The notes under the pieces: generated by a model
Databases searched by the model: none
The model's input: only the letters and a program-made list of their open reading frames with translations
Told to the model about the DNA's origin: nothing
Assembly: GCF_006345805.1 (NCBI RefSeq)
Contig: NW_021831905.1
Span: forward strand, 1 to 33,970
From: Octopus sinensis
Taxonomy: Eukaryota
Length of the DNA stretch: 33,970 nucleotides
Reading direction: 5' to 3'
Part shown: one piece after another, positions 33,406 to 33,970 of the stretch
Layout of the letters: each line of letters opens with the position of its first letter
Numbering within the stretch: position 1 is the first letter of the stretch
Position numbers and translations under genes: made by a program

Positions 33406-33970
33406 ATGCAAACCCACTCACTTGTACGAGAAGCCTCTCATGCTGGTTCGTGGTATGAAAATAGAGGTATATATTCAAAATAACATCAAAAAAGCTGATT
33501 CATTGTCAAATGAACTCGAAGAATACCTCAACAAAGCAGAGTCATTCACAGAATCTTCTCGTGCTATAATTTCCCCGTAATATAATATATAAATCATCAC
33601 ATACAGACATGCCGGCTACACATACAGTGGACCAACTGCAGCTTATGCTTACAAACAGATAAATACAGACAACATGTTCTTTAAAAGTGACCTAATCTAC
33701 CCAGATCACGTGTATTTGTGTTAGGACCAAGTCATCATGTTGGCTTTAGAGGCTGTGCTCTGTCTCCTGCTGAAATAGTGGAGACACCACTAGGAAATCT
33801 TCAAGTTGATTTAAAATGTATTTAATTAATTTTAATAATATAATTTATTTATATTATATATATTTTAGTAATACAAGAATTGAGAAATACTAAAATATTT
33901 AAAGAAATAAATATACAACAGGATATGGACGAACATTCTCTCGAAATGCAATATCCATTTATTTACAAAA
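33406..33970 (+). CDS. MEMO1: Protein MEMO1, 5' portion (runs off the window)
   Basis: Exons 33406-33466, 33495-33576, 33607-33675, 33705-33817 and 33869-end; introns 28, 30, 29 and 51 nt. Translation: MQTHSLVREASHAGSWY..RAIISPHAGYTYSGPTAAYAYKQ..RVFVLGPSHH..ETPLGNLQVD..DEHSLEMQYPF. Open frame, standard code. Confidence 0.97.

Noticed and set aside
1-33970. CRISPR array, TnpB/Fanzor, telomeric arrays, snRNA or spliced-leader RNA genes
   Set aside because: No regularly spaced repeats, no RuvC/zinc-ribbon motif set beside the Tc1 remnants, no TTAGGG tracts and no recognisable U1/U2/U5/U6 or SL motifs were seen by eye. An Infernal/Rfam scan would be decisive.
9422-33970. Functional linkage between the EGFR-like fragment and MEMO1 (an ErbB2 effector)
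   Set aside because: They are 24 kb apart, the EGFR piece is a truncated pseudogene, and eukaryotic co-location does not imply a pathway cluster.

Overview
AT-rich eukaryotic (animal) genomic DNA with very short spliceosomal introns (21-51 nt, mostly 23-30 nt). This fits a reduced parasitic metazoan such as a myxozoan, dicyemid or orthonectid, but that is inference. The ORF track is largely misleading because the real genes are split by micro-introns. Host genes reconstructed by hand: two signal-peptide LRR genes (6144-6960, and 23081 to at least 23604), a mucolipin/TRPML channel with three 1-nt frameshifts (14674-16515), a disrupted MARVEL-domain gene (30747-31247, minus) and the 5' part of MEMO1 (33406-end). 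Decayed EGFR-like and actin-like fragments are also present. Much of the rest is a transposon graveyard: a complete Buster-type hAT with perfect TIRs and 8-bp TSD, a Ginger-type integrase transposon with TGT..ACA TIRs, Tc1/IS630 and pogo remnants, and non-LTR fragments of CRE, R4/NeSL-like, RTE and APE-type clades, some with TSDs. No CRISPR array, tRNA, rRNA or TnpB/Fanzor was found. Best leads: an LRR gene bracketed by the left and right ends of one Tc1-like family, receptor-like LRR ectodomains with no 7TM, and a Ginger insertion between head-to-head MARVEL and MEMO1 genes. All family calls are from manual translation and motif recognition; no database search was run.
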